From Nanobdellota archaeon (lineage in GTDB: Archaea; Nanobdellota; Nanobdellia; Pacearchaeales; GW2011-AR1), in NCBI GenBank assembly GCA_030647125.1, contig JAUSKC010000013.1:2249-66248 (forward strand): DNA of 64,000 nt, read 5' to 3'. The translations under genes were made by a program, and so were the position numbers. The notes below the pieces were generated by a model. It saw only the letters and a list, made by a program, of their open reading frames with translations, had not been told where the DNA came from and ran no database searches. Positions 28,053-37,760 of the stretch are shown piece by piece. Position 1 is the stretch's first letter, and the number at the start of each line of letters is the position of its first letter.

Positions 28053-29474
28053 ATGAAAAAAGAAACACAAGGAATAACTGTAAAAAAAGAAAACCTTGTT
28101 GATTGGTATTCTGAAGTTGTTCAAAAAGCTGAGCTCGCTGATTACGCACCAATAAAGGGCTTCATGATTATAAGGCCAAATGCATATTCAATATGGCAAA
28201 ACATTCAAGATTATTTTAATAAAGTCTTAGAAAAAAAAGGAGTAAGAAATGCTTACTTTCCTCTTTTAATCCCAGAATCATTTTTTAAAAAAGAAGCAAA
28301 ACATGCAGAGGGTTTTAATCCAGAACTAGCTTACATTAAAAATACCGACGAAGGGGAGAAACTTGCCTTGCGCCCAACTTCTGAAACTATCATGTATGAT
28401 TCATATTCAAAATGGATTCGTTCCTGGAGAGACCTACCATTAAAAATTAATCAATGGTGTAACGTCATTCGCTGGGAAGTTAAACAAACAAAACCTTTCT
28501 TAAGAACTCGTGAATTCTTATGGCAGGAAGGACATTGTGTTTTTTCAACCGAAAACGAAGCGGAAGAAAATATGAATGAAATGGCTGAAGAATATAAAAA
28601 AATGGTAGAAGAAATTTTAGCAATTCCTGTTTTAATTGGTAAGAAATCTGAAGGAGAAAAATTTGCAGGGGCGCAAACAACAATGACAATAGAATCCTTA
28701 ATGCCCGACGGAAAGGCCTTGCAAATGGGCACCTCTCATAATTTAGGACAAAACTTTGCAAAGGCCTTCAATGTAAAATTCAAAGACCAAAATGAAAAAG
28801 AACAATACGGATGGCAAACATCATGGGGATTTTCAACCAGACTTATTGGCGCATTAACAATGGTGCATGGCGACGATAAAGGCCTTGTCCTGCCTCCAAA
28901 GATTGCACATAATAAATTAGTAATAATTCCAATACTATTCGACAAAACATCTGAAAAGGTCTTGAAGAAATCAAAAGAAATAGAAAAGAAACTAGCAAAA
29001 TTCAATCCAATAGCTGATTACAGAACTGATTACTCTCCTGGTTGGAAATATCATGAATGGGAAATGAAAGGAATTCCATTAAGAATAGAAATAGGCCCTA
29101 ATGACTTAGCAAAAAAACAAGTTGTTATAGTAAGACGCGATACAAATGAAAAGATCTCAGTTCCAGAAAAGAATATAGAAAAAGAAGTTCCAAAACTTCT
29201 TGATGAAATTCAGAAAAACTTATTTAACAAAGCAAAGAAATTCCTTGACTCAAGAATTGACAAGGCAGAAACATTAAAAGAGCTAAAAGAAAAAATTAAA
29301 TTAGGAAAAATAGTAAAGGCATATTTCATAGACGATGGCAAAACCGAAGATTACATAAAAGAAGCAACAGAAGGATCTACATCCCGTCTTATTGAATTTT
29401 CAAAAACAGCAGGAATATGCATTCACACCGGCCAAAAAACAAACACTATAGGTTATTTCTCAAAATCATATTAG
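28053..29474 (+). CDS. proS: prolyl-tRNA synthetase, archaeal/eukaryotic type
   Basis: WYSEVVQKAELADY, LRPTSET and the C-terminal ...YFSKSY ending in Tyr. Confidence 0.9.
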   Translation: MKKETQGITVKKENLVDWYSEVVQKAELADYAPIKGFMIIRPNAYSIWQNIQDYFNKVLEKKGVRNAYFPLLIPESFFKKEAKHAEGFNPELAYIKNTDEGEKLALRPTSETIMYDSYSKWIRSWRDLPLKINQWCNVIRWEVKQTKPFLRTREFLWQEGHCVFSTENEAEENMNEMAEEYKKMVEEILAIPVLIGKKSEGEKFAGAQTTMTIESLMPDGKALQMGTSHNLGQNFAKAFNVKFKDQNEKEQYGWQTSWGFSTRLIGALTMVHGDDKGLVLPPKIAHNKLVIIPILFDKTSEKVLKKSKEIEKKLAKFNPIADYRTDYSPGWKYHEWEMKGIPLRIEIGPNDLAKKQVVIVRRDTNEKISVPEKNIEKEVPKLLDEIQKNLFNKAKKFLDSRIDKAETLKELKEKIKLGKIVKAYFIDDGKTEDYIKEATEGSTSRLIEFSKTAGICIHTGQKTNTIGYFSKSY

Positions 29475-29498
29475 CACACAAAACCCTTTAACATAACA

Positions 29499-29517
29499 CT
29501 CGTTATTGAAATAACGA
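29499..29517. terminator. hairpin directly after proS
   Basis: CTCGTTAT-TGA-ATAACGAG, 8-bp arms, 25 nt past the proS stop. A terminator role is only a guess. Confidence 0.25.
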
Positions 29518-29919
29518 GGACGTTCCTCATTCAGCTAATCTTTACCGTGACCGTTCAAAGTCAAAACCAAGTCGTGCTCCATTCTAAGAGTCACTTCCAA
29601 AAGCCGGTTCAATTCTCTTTCAACAGCTGTTCTTTCTTGTGTTTCCATTTCTTCTTTTTCCATTTTCAGGTTTTTCCATATCCCTTGATGGAATAAAATT
29701 TCTCTGAATTAAGCTAGAATCTTTCCTCAACTTAATCCAGAATTTTATATCCGAACTAAATCAAGGTTGTTTTAATTTTAGGACAGACCAAGCTAAAGCC
29801 GACATACATATTCCATCTATGCGCCTTAAACTTAGCTTCCATAACAAGGATAAAACATTTCACTTTTTATACTTTTCCATAATTGATTAATTAGTATAGA
29901 GTAGTAAAAGAAATTTTCA

Positions 29920-30363
29920 CTAATTCAAACATTTAGGAAGTTTAACTTTATTTCTTTTCCTTCTTGTGATAAAACTATAAATTAAATCTGTAAAACATTC
30001 AACTTCTCCATCTTCCAAACTAACTCTTTTGAACCTTTTATTTGATTCTTCAACAGATTTTACTCTTTGTGAAAATCCTTTACTCAAATCTTTACCTGAA
30101 AAATAAGGTTTTTTATCTTTTTCAAAAGGAATAATCATCACTCTTCCTTCTAATGTTTCAATAACATCTCCCCTACCTAAACGAATTCCGTTATCATTAC
30201 TTATTATTACTGCAGCAAGATCGTAAATATTATACATAGAAAAAATTGTACCGTCCTCGCATTCAAAATAATAAGAATAAGGATGCCCATCTTCTTCATC
30301 GACAGGAAGTTTCTTATACAGAACGTAAGTGTCTCGTCTCACAAATGCCCAACAAAAAAACAC
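29920..30363 (-). CDS. hypothetical protein (147 aa)
   Basis: ORF only. No motif recognised. Confidence 0.4.
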   Translation of the reverse strand: MFFCWAFVRRDTYVLYKKLPVDEEDGHPYSYYFECEDGTIFSMYNIYDLAAVIISNDNGIRLGRGDVIETLEGRVMIIPFEKDKKPYFSGKDLSKGFSQRVKSVEESNKRFKRVSLEDGEVECFTDLIYSFITRRKRNKVKLPKCLN

Positions 30364-30393
30364 TATATATAGATTATTATAAAAAAGTAGATA

Positions 30394-31437
30394 TCAAATC
30401 CCTTTTTCAATTCTCTCTCTAAATAATTCTAAATCCTCCAAGCGCACTTTCGCCCCGACGGCATCTTCATGCCCTCCCCCAGTTGCGCCTTCTAATCCAT
30501 CAATCGCTTTAAGAATAACCTTCTTAACGTTTTTCCCTCGAACAGAAATATTTGCTTTAATTCCTGTAACATAAACAACAATAACTATTTTTTCTGGAAA
30601 CAAGTACATTAATTCATTTGACAAATCAGAACTTATGCTCAAATCCCCTCCATACTGGAAAAACAAAATCTTATTTTCTTTATTGTAAACCTCTTTTGCT
30701 TTTTCAATTAATTTTCTATAACGCACCTCAATTTGGTCGAACTTGCTATGCATAGAATAATTTTTATTATTTGATTCTAGAACATCTCCCGGACTTCGCG
30801 CTTTCATAAGATATTTTATCATTGAAACAACATTTGTCGTGCTGTCTTTCAAGCCAAAATTAAAAATTCGCGCAACTCTTCCAATTTCAGTGGTGTAAAA
30901 AACTTCAAAAGCATTTTTTGTCTTAACTCCCAATTCAGGGAAGTTCTTTAAAAAATCCTTGTAAAAGGAAGGCATATAACTGTCAGAAATGCACCCTACA
31001 ACCGCAATCCACAAGTCCTCTTTTCTTGTTTTTTTAACAACTTGCCAGCACAAAGCCGTCGTCGGTTCAGAACTCTTTTTCTTGTTCAAAACTGGATTAT
31101 AATAATGCACAAATTCAGGAACAACAGAATCAACATCATGATGATCAATCCACACAACAGGGATATTAACTTTTTCAACTTCATCAAAAAATTCCTTTGA
31201 CACAAGCGGCTTATCAAGAATAAAAATATAATCAGCTTTTAATTCCACAACTCTCCTAAAATAATCCTTAGACATTTCCGGGAACGAACGAACTGGAACT
31301 CCCTTGCCTCTTCCTAAAAACCTTTGCAGCAGCAAAAAAGCGCTTAGTCCATCCGCATCATTGTCAAAAAAGAAAACTGGATTTTGCGCTTTGGCCAAAT
31401 GCCCGTTAATTTCATCAACTTGTTTTTTCGTTAACAT
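30394..31437 (-). CDS. stand-alone DHH/DHHA1 phosphoesterase (NrnA/Pde2-like)
   Basis: FFFDNDADG (motif I), WIDHHD (DHH) and ATGGGHEDAVGA (DHHA1 GGGH). The start overlaps the disA stop as TAATG. Confidence 0.8.
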   Translation of the reverse strand: MLTKKQVDEINGHLAKAQNPVFFFDNDADGLSAFLLLQRFLGRGKGVPVRSFPEMSKDYFRRVVELKADYIFILDKPLVSKEFFDEVEKVNIPVVWIDHHDVDSVVPEFVHYYNPVLNKKKSSEPTTALCWQVVKKTRKEDLWIAVVGCISDSYMPSFYKDFLKNFPELGVKTKNAFEVFYTTEIGRVARIFNFGLKDSTTNVVSMIKYLMKARSPGDVLESNNKNYSMHSKFDQIEVRYRKLIEKAKEVYNKENKILFFQYGGDLSISSDLSNELMYLFPEKIVIVVYVTGIKANISVRGKNVKKVILKAIDGLEGATGGGHEDAVGAKVRLEDLELFRERIEKGI

Positions 31438-32540
31438 TATATCTTCTTACCAACCATAATCTTTTCTTTCAAGCTGTTAATCTCTTTATTGAAAAATTCA
31501 ACCATCTCTTCGCTTCCAAAGATTTCCAAAAGCTCGTCGTTATCAGCTGCTAGAGTTCTGTCAAGCGTTTTGAACTTTGAAATTAAAGCGGTTGTATATC
31601 GCTCAAGCAAATTTGTTCTCCCCAAGATTCTCAAGCCCGAAGGACTGACTGATTCGTCATGCAGCTCTTCAAAAAGCATTCGTGAAATATTATTACTCTC
31701 GAGCAGAAAATCAAAATTAAATTTATCTAAAGTATTCGCCTTATTATTCCATTCATTTCCAAAATAATCTTTTAAAAGAATTTCCTCCTCTTTTCCTAAA
31801 TTTCCTGTCAATTCTTTAAGTCGCATACTTACAATCATCCCTTCCTTTCCAAGTTCAATCAAATATCTTTTTACAATTTCAGAAATTCTTTTTATAATTT
31901 CAAGTCGCTGCAAAACATTCGAAACATCTTCTATAGTTACCAACCCATTAATTTCAAGAATGTTAAAATTAGACATTAAATCATTAAAAGTCTCCCTTTG
32001 TTTTTCCAGAATTTGCAACGTCTCAGCCGCTCTTCTTAAAATTTCAGAGCTGTGATCAAGTTCATATTTCATATCACTATAATACAAAGAAATTTTATTT
32101 TTTCTTTCAGAGACAGCAATTACAATTGTTTTTGCTTTCTTCGCGGTCCTTTCAGCCGCCTTATGCCGCGTTCCCGTCTCTCTCGTCGGAATGTCAACTC
32201 CAGGGAAAAGCAAGGTATTTCCAAATAAAATTCTTTTTCCGTCATTGCTTAAAATTATTGCCCCATCCATCTTGCACAATTCAACCAACTTTTGCGCGCT
32301 GAATTTTGAATTTATTTTAAAACCCCCATCTGCAAGATCAAGAACATTTCCATTGTCAAAGACAATCAGCGCACCCATTCTTGCTCTTAACAAATCATCC
32401 AACCCCGTCCTTAATGAAGTTCCTGGCGCGAACATCTTAAGCACGTCGACAAAGTCCTTTTCTTTTTCAAAATTCTTAAGAGGATTCTCTGTAACAACAA
32501 TCTCCTGCACCTCTTTAATATCAGAATTATTTTCTTCCAT
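31437..32540 (-). CDS. disA: DisA-type diadenylate cyclase (DNA integrity scanning protein)
   Basis: GALIVF, ELCKMDGAIILSNDGKRIL and TRETGTRHKAAERTAKKAKTIVIAVSERKNKISLY, nearly colinear with bacterial DisA. Size 367 aa. Confidence 0.85.
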   Translation of the reverse strand: MEENNSDIKEVQEIVVTENPLKNFEKEKDFVDVLKMFAPGTSLRTGLDDLLRARMGALIVFDNGNVLDLADGGFKINSKFSAQKLVELCKMDGAIILSNDGKRILFGNTLLFPGVDIPTRETGTRHKAAERTAKKAKTIVIAVSERKNKISLYYSDMKYELDHSSEILRRAAETLQILEKQRETFNDLMSNFNILEINGLVTIEDVSNVLQRLEIIKRISEIVKRYLIELGKEGMIVSMRLKELTGNLGKEEEILLKDYFGNEWNNKANTLDKFNFDFLLESNNISRMLFEELHDESVSPSGLRILGRTNLLERYTTALISKFKTLDRTLAADNDELLEIFGSEEMVEFFNKEINSLKEKIMVGKKI

Positions 32541-32615
32541 AATAAATTCAATAGTCCCTTATATTTAAATTTTATTAAACTTAAACCTTAAAAACGCATT
32601 CTAACTAAAAAAATC

Positions 32616-33617
32616 ATGGATTTGAAGAAAAAAATTGAAAATGCAAGAAAAGCCGTCTTCAAAAAAGCTGAGCAAGTACAAGGAGTCAAGATTCAAGGCC
32701 CGGATTTTAACAAAGAACTTTCAACAGAAGAAATTCTCAACTCTTACGAAGGAATAGGTTTCCAGGCATCAAATTTGGCGAAAGCAATAAAACTAGTTAA
32801 AAAAATGCGCGAAGAAAAAGCGACAATCTTTCTTGCGTACACTTCAGGGATGATAAGTTCAGGAATTAGGGATGTAATCCGTTACCTCGTGCAAAACAAG
32901 TTTGTCGACGTTCTTATAACAACCACTGGCGGTCTGGAAGAGGACTTGATAAAATGCTTAAAGCCGTTTGTCCTAGGAAAATTCGACGAGCCAGGAAAGA
33001 ATTTAAGAGAAAAAGGAGTTAACAGAATTGGAAATATCTTCGTGCCAAACGATCGTTATGTAATGTACGAGGATTGGATAAACCCCCAACTAAAAGAAAT
33101 TCTAAAAATGCAGAAATCAGGCGAAAACATAACTCCTTCAAAAATTGTCTCGTTTTTGGGAGAAAAGATAAACAATCCCGAATCGGTCTATTACTGGGCT
33201 GCAAAAAATAAAATTCCTGTCTTCATGCCTGCTCCTTTAGATGGTTCAACTGGAGACATGGTTTATTTCTTTAAGCAGTCAAATCCTGAATTCAAAATTG
33301 ACGTAACGGATGATTTAAAACAATTAATTGATATTGCAATAAACGCTGACAAAACAGGAATGATAATTTTAGGTGCAGGAGTAATAAAACACGCTGTCTG
33401 CAATGCAAACCTTTTCCGTGATGGAGCGGACTACGCTGTTTACATAAACGCCGCGCAAGAATTTGACGGCTCCGACTCGGGAGCAACTCCTGAAGAAGCG
33501 ATCTCATGGGGTAAAATCAAAGGCAACAAAGATAATTACGTAAAGATCTATTCAGATGCAACTCTTGTTTTTCCTTTAATTGTCGCATCAGCATTCAATA
33601 AGAGTAGTAAAAAATAA
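32616..33617 (+). CDS. dys: deoxyhypusine synthase
   Basis: GFQASNLAKAI, IFLAYTSGMISSG and VDVLITTTGGLEEDLIK motifs. Confidence 0.9.
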   Translation: MDLKKKIENARKAVFKKAEQVQGVKIQGPDFNKELSTEEILNSYEGIGFQASNLAKAIKLVKKMREEKATIFLAYTSGMISSGIRDVIRYLVQNKFVDVLITTTGGLEEDLIKCLKPFVLGKFDEPGKNLREKGVNRIGNIFVPNDRYVMYEDWINPQLKEILKMQKSGENITPSKIVSFLGEKINNPESVYYWAAKNKIPVFMPAPLDGSTGDMVYFFKQSNPEFKIDVTDDLKQLIDIAINADKTGMIILGAGVIKHAVCNANLFRDGADYAVYINAAQEFDGSDSGATPEEAISWGKIKGNKDNYVKIYSDATLVFPLIVASAFNKSSKK

Positions 33618-33671
33618 CCCATATTAAAGCAACAAAATCTTTTTAAACACAAATCAATCACTAGTTTTACA

Positions 33672-33872
33672 ATGAACAAATGGGCTGAAATACTAGTCGG
33701 ATTAATTCTGATTGCAGCAGCAATTCTCGTATGGGGATTCTCACCTCAATGGGGAAGCTTCTGGAATTTTGGAAACGCAGCATGGGAATTTTTCAAAGGA
33801 GGATTAATTTGGTTTGTAATCCTCATTGGACTTTTATTCCTTATGCTCGGAATTTCTGATTTAAAAGAATAA
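33672..33872 (+). CDS. small membrane protein (66 aa)
   Basis: Two hydrophobic helices. ORF only. Confidence 0.45.
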   Translation: MNKWAEILVGLILIAAAILVWGFSPQWGSFWNFGNAAWEFFKGGLIWFVILIGLLFLMLGISDLKE

Positions 33873-33907
33873 TTCTAAAAATCTAAAAAATAAAATAGAT
33901 AATCTTC

Positions 33908-34120
33908 TTACTGAAAAGTTCTTATCAAAACCCAAACTCCGCCAATTGCAATCAATAAATAAATTATTGCAGCAACCCAAGGCAATCCACTAAGAAACAA
34001 ACTTACCAAATCCCAACTATAATCAATTGCGCCAAAACTTTTCAAACCAACTAAACCCCAGTTTAAAGCGCCGACCGCGGCAAGAATCATTAAAGTTTTA
34101 TCTAACCAACCCATCTTCAC
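33908..34120 (-). CDS. DUF378-family small membrane protein
   Basis: AAVGALNWGLVGL motif typical of DUF378. Confidence 0.6.
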   Translation of the reverse strand: MKMGWLDKTLMILAAVGALNWGLVGLKSFGAIDYSWDLVSLFLSGLPWVAAIIYLLIAIGGVWVLIRTFQ

Positions 34121-34168
34121 ACTCCTAAATTAACTATAAATTAACAAAAATAAAAAAACCAAATTTGT

Positions 34169-34315
34169 TTACTCTGAACCAAATCCGCCAATTACCGCTA
34201 AAACACCACCAACCAAAGGTAGCCAGTAATGGTTATTAGCATCAGTTGCGACAAATTGACCAACAACAGCAACAATACCACCAACAACAGCAGTCCATTT
34301 TCCCCACGCAGCCAT
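34169..34315 (-). CDS. small Gly-rich membrane protein (48 aa, not in ORF track)
   Basis: GGAGG 9 nt upstream of ATG 34313-34315. The product is MAAWGKWTAVVGGIVAVVGQFVATDANNHYWLPLVGGVLAVIGGFGSE. Confidence 0.45.
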   Translation of the reverse strand: MAAWGKWTAVVGGIVAVVGQFVATDANNHYWLPLVGGVLAVIGGFGSE

Positions 34316-34377
34316 CTTATTTAACCTCCATTTTAATTTTATTAAAAATAATAAGAAAAACCCATATATAAATATAA

Positions 34378-34986
34378 CTAATTTCCAGCAATACTAATTA
34401 AAATTCCTTCAATTATCGCAGCGACAATCAAAAGAGGAATCACAATTAAAATAAAAACCCTTAATGAATTAACAAAATAATATTTCCAATCTTTGTCGTT
34501 TCTTTCGATAAAGAACAATCCAAGCCGCAAGCCAAGCCCAAATGAAATGAAAACTGCAGGCAATTCAAAAATTCCATGAGGAAAAAGCCGCCACAAACTA
34601 AAAATGCTTTCTTTTCCTATTACAATCTTCGACACAAATCCCAATAAATAACCATTAAACACCGTCGCTAAAAACGGAAACAATCCTAAAAGTGCCCCAA
34701 AAACAATTCCAAAGAAACTCGCCTGCAAATTATTCCAAAAGATAAATCCAATCAAATCAAGCCCTTTCAACCCTTCTGTTTTCGCAACAAGCTCTTTCAA
34801 AACATCCATAAGTTTCCCTTCAAGTCCAAAAGGCACCGGGAAGAACAATCCAATTAAAGAAAAAAGAAAAAACAGGATTACAATACTCCAAATATATTTT
34901 TGTGATTCTTTAATATAATTCCAAGAAAGTTTATATTGGCCTAATAAAGAAGTTTTTTTCTTTTTTAAGATTCTTTTATTTGCCAT
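34378..34986 (-). CDS. SpoIIM-like (DUF95) membrane protein
   Basis: NNLQASFFGIVFGALLG, NGYLLGFV and PHGIFELPAVFIS motifs. Confidence 0.65.
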   Translation of the reverse strand: MANKRILKKKKTSLLGQYKLSWNYIKESQKYIWSIVILFFLFSLIGLFFPVPFGLEGKLMDVLKELVAKTEGLKGLDLIGFIFWNNLQASFFGIVFGALLGLFPFLATVFNGYLLGFVSKIVIGKESIFSLWRLFPHGIFELPAVFISFGLGLRLGLFFIERNDKDWKYYFVNSLRVFILIVIPLLIVAAIIEGILISIAGN

Positions 34987-35070
34987 AAATTAATTTAGTA
35001 AAAATCATTTATTAATGTTGTTAATTAATATTATCAAATTCTAAAAAAGAGGGGATGATATATAAATTAT

Positions 35071-35757
35071 TTAACTAAACATTTTTGAAATATTCTTAAC
35101 TTTATTTGGATATTTGTTTCTTAAATAAATTCCGTAAATCAAACCAACAATTAAACCGCCGAAATGTGCTGTGTTTCCAATTGGAATTTGCTGTCCTCCG
35201 AAAGCAATCGGAGTAACTGAAATTAACCAAAGCAAAACCAAAAGCCCGGGCGCAGCATATTTCATTTTGACAGGAATCGGAATGAACATTACATAAACTG
35301 GAAGATCTGGAGTAATAAGAACTAACATCCCCACCAAAGCAAAAATTGCCCCTGACGCACCCACCGCATAAGCAGACATATCTGAAGTGAAAAACATTGA
35401 AGATAAAACAAAAAATAATCCAGCCAAAATTCCTGAAATCATATAAAACCAAAAGTATCTCTTTCTTCCTATAATTCTTTCAACTAAGCCGCCTATAAAA
35501 AATAACGAGATCATATTTGCAAACAAATGAAAAAAACCCCCGTGCATAAACATACTAGTCAAGAATGTCCAAAGATATTTTCCTTGCAGAATATTAGACG
35601 GACGAAGAGCAATGTAATCAATTGGAATCTTCCCTGTAAGAACTAAAACACTGAACAAACCAAAACAAAGAACGGTTACTAAAATTAAAATAGCGTTAAC
35701 ACTCAAAATAGAAAAAATATTTCTCTTTCGTTGTGGATAAATTTGATAAATAGCCAT
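35071..35757 (-). CDS. rhomboid intramembrane serine protease
   Basis: FMHGGFFHLFANM, GASGAIFAL (catalytic Ser) and AHFGGLIVG (catalytic His). Confidence 0.85.
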   Translation of the reverse strand: MAIYQIYPQRKRNIFSILSVNAILILVTVLCFGLFSVLVLTGKIPIDYIALRPSNILQGKYLWTFLTSMFMHGGFFHLFANMISLFFIGGLVERIIGRKRYFWFYMISGILAGLFFVLSSMFFTSDMSAYAVGASGAIFALVGMLVLITPDLPVYVMFIPIPVKMKYAAPGLLVLLWLISVTPIAFGGQQIPIGNTAHFGGLIVGLIYGIYLRNKYPNKVKNISKMFS

Positions 35758-35789
35758 ATTAATTATTACAAAAGAATAATTTTAAACCT

Positions 35790-36542
35790 TCACTTTTTTT
35801 TCTTTTTAATTTTACTAGTTTTCTTTGCCGATTTCTTTGAATTTTTCTTACTATTTTTCACTTGTTTTTTAGGAACTTTCTTTTCAATTTTCTTAGCTTT
35901 TTCCCGAATAGCATCTCTTTCAGCTTTCTTCTCCGCTTTTTTTACAGCCTTTTGTTTTTCTTCTTTTTTTACTTCTTTGTCCCTTTCCTTTCCCTTTTTT
36001 CCTTTTTCAATTTCAATTTCAACATCAATTCCTTTAAGTTCTTCCTTCAATTTTTCTTTTTTCCTTTCAAGATCTTTCAAAACTTTTGTATTGTCATGAA
36101 TAACAAGCAGCTTCCCACTTTCAGGACAGATAAAATTATAAGACAATGCTACTTCTTCAGTATATTCAACGCCGGTAATTTCAGAATAATAATACGTTTT
36201 GTTTTCCCTACTTTCAATTTGTCTGTCAATATTCTCTATTTTTCTTTGCATCATTCCTTTCAAAAATTCTAATGCTTTCAGAACTTCAATTCTCCAAAAG
36301 TAAGTATACCATCCTTTTTTCTTGTCCTTTTTTCTCATAGACGAAACAAGGCCATGTTCCGAAAGTTTATACAAAAGATTTCGCGTCTGATTTATTGTGA
36401 TATCAAGTTTTTTAGCAATTATAAATTCATTAACATGTTTCTTGCTGTCTAATAAATCTGCTATGGTCTCATACTGTTTTCCTATAACTGTCGCAACAAC
36501 TTCCTGGAGAATAATTTTTAACATTGTATTTTCAAAATTCAT
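35790..36542 (-). CDS. tfe: transcription factor E alpha (TFE) with degenerate zinc ribbon and Lys-rich tail
   Basis: wH segment EFIIAKKLDITINQTRNLLYKLSEHGLV...GWYTYFWRI. The ZR-equivalent region YYYSEITGVEYTEE..FICPESGKLL lacks 3 of the 4 Cys. Confidence 0.65.
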   Translation of the reverse strand: MNFENTMLKIILQEVVATVIGKQYETIADLLDSKKHVNEFIIAKKLDITINQTRNLLYKLSEHGLVSSMRKKDKKKGWYTYFWRIEVLKALEFLKGMMQRKIENIDRQIESRENKTYYYSEITGVEYTEEVALSYNFICPESGKLLVIHDNTKVLKDLERKKEKLKEELKGIDVEIEIEKGKKGKERDKEVKKEEKQKAVKKAEKKAERDAIREKAKKIEKKVPKKQVKNSKKNSKKSAKKTSKIKKKKK

Positions 36543-36633
36543 TAATATAAAAACTTTACTTTATACACTAAAAAAATAAAAGTTTAAAAACATATGTTCT
36601 GTATCATACATATTAAAAAGAGAGTTTTAAAAA

Positions 36634-37236
36634 ATGGGGTTATTCGGGAAAAAAGAATCTGAAAGGAACATAAACGAGGAGGACCAAGCTCCTTCCTTGC
36701 CACGCCTGCCAGAGCTGCCGTCACTACCCGATTTTCCAGACGACAATTACAATAAAGAACCGCTGCAGCAACTTCCTTCTTATCCTTCAAACGCAACCGC
36801 TGATGCTTTCTCTCAAAACGCGATCAAAGACGCCATTGAAGGGGAAGAAGAGGAATGGAATGCTTCAGGTAATTCTACCGAGTATAGTCACGAAGAAATG
36901 CCTGAAGCTTCAAAAAAAATGAAAACAAAGGAAATACCAATGGTAAAAGGATTTAGCAAAAAATCAACTTACCAAATACCAAAAGGATTCAGCGAGGCAG
37001 CAAGAAAAGTAAAGGAAATAGAACCAATATTTATTCGCTTGGATAAATTTGAGGACTCACTAAAAGTTTTTCATGATACTCATGAAAAAATAAATGAAAT
37101 AGAAAAAATGCTCCATGAAATAAAGGCCTTAAAAGAGGAAGAAGAAAAAGAAATTGAATATTGGGAACAGGAATTAATAAACACAAAATCCCAAATAGAA
37201 AAAATCAACGACGATTTGTTTTCTAAGGTCGAATAA
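36634..37236 (+). CDS. hypothetical Pro-rich / coiled-coil protein
   Basis: ORF with MGLFGKK start, an LPRLPELPSLPDFPDD stretch and a C-terminal heptad-rich region. Confidence 0.4.
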   Translation: MGLFGKKESERNINEEDQAPSLPRLPELPSLPDFPDDNYNKEPLQQLPSYPSNATADAFSQNAIKDAIEGEEEEWNASGNSTEYSHEEMPEASKKMKTKEIPMVKGFSKKSTYQIPKGFSEAARKVKEIEPIFIRLDKFEDSLKVFHDTHEKINEIEKMLHEIKALKEEEEKEIEYWEQELINTKSQIEKINDDLFSKVE

Positions 37237-37237
37237 A

Positions 37238-37630
37238 ATGTCAGAGCAAAATCCAATTTATGTAATGTTTGAATACGAAGAAGCACTAAATAAAAAAAAG
37301 AATTTTCTCTTAATCGAGCAAAATCTTCTAAAAATTGCATTAACAATAAAAAACTACAAACTCTTACGTCTAGAGGAATTAAAAACAAAAGCAAAAATGC
37401 AGAAAACTTTGAGAGAAGTTCTAACCAATCTAACAAAACTCACTAATGACTTGCCTAAGATAAAAACTCCAAATGTTCTAAAGCATCATTTTGAACAATA
37501 TGAATCTGTTGAAGAGCAAAAGATCTCACCAAGAGAAAAGATAAAGACATCAAAAGAAATTAATGAAGACGAAGATATTGAATCCCAGATTCGTGAAATT
37601 CAAAACAAGCTAAAGCAGTTGAGGATTTAG
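37238..37630 (+). CDS. hypothetical coiled-coil protein
   Basis: ORF starting 1 nt after the previous stop. Helical, charged composition. Confidence 0.4.
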   Translation: MSEQNPIYVMFEYEEALNKKKNFLLIEQNLLKIALTIKNYKLLRLEELKTKAKMQKTLREVLTNLTKLTNDLPKIKTPNVLKHHFEQYESVEEQKISPREKIKTSKEINEDEDIESQIREIQNKLKQLRI

Positions 37631-37760
37631 ATAATTCTTTTGAAAGTTGACAATTAATAAACATCAGCAATCAAACGAAAAAGAGGTGATAAAATACATT
37701 AGGAGGACTAAATTACAACCAAGACATTATTTTTATAAACTAAATACTCATTTCTAAATT

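Noticed and set aside
35731-36272. Two overlapping F/L/S-rich + strand ORFs (122 and 136 aa)
   Set aside because: They are antisense shadows of the Lys/Glu-rich low-complexity tail of the TFE gene, and their composition is implausible for a real protein.
36634-37236. The MGLFGKK N-terminus suggested an ESCRT-III/Snf7-like protein
   Set aside because: Only the first 7 residues resemble that family. The rest is a Pro-rich segment plus one coiled coil, not the ESCRT-III helical hairpin core. FtsZ is present as the division system.
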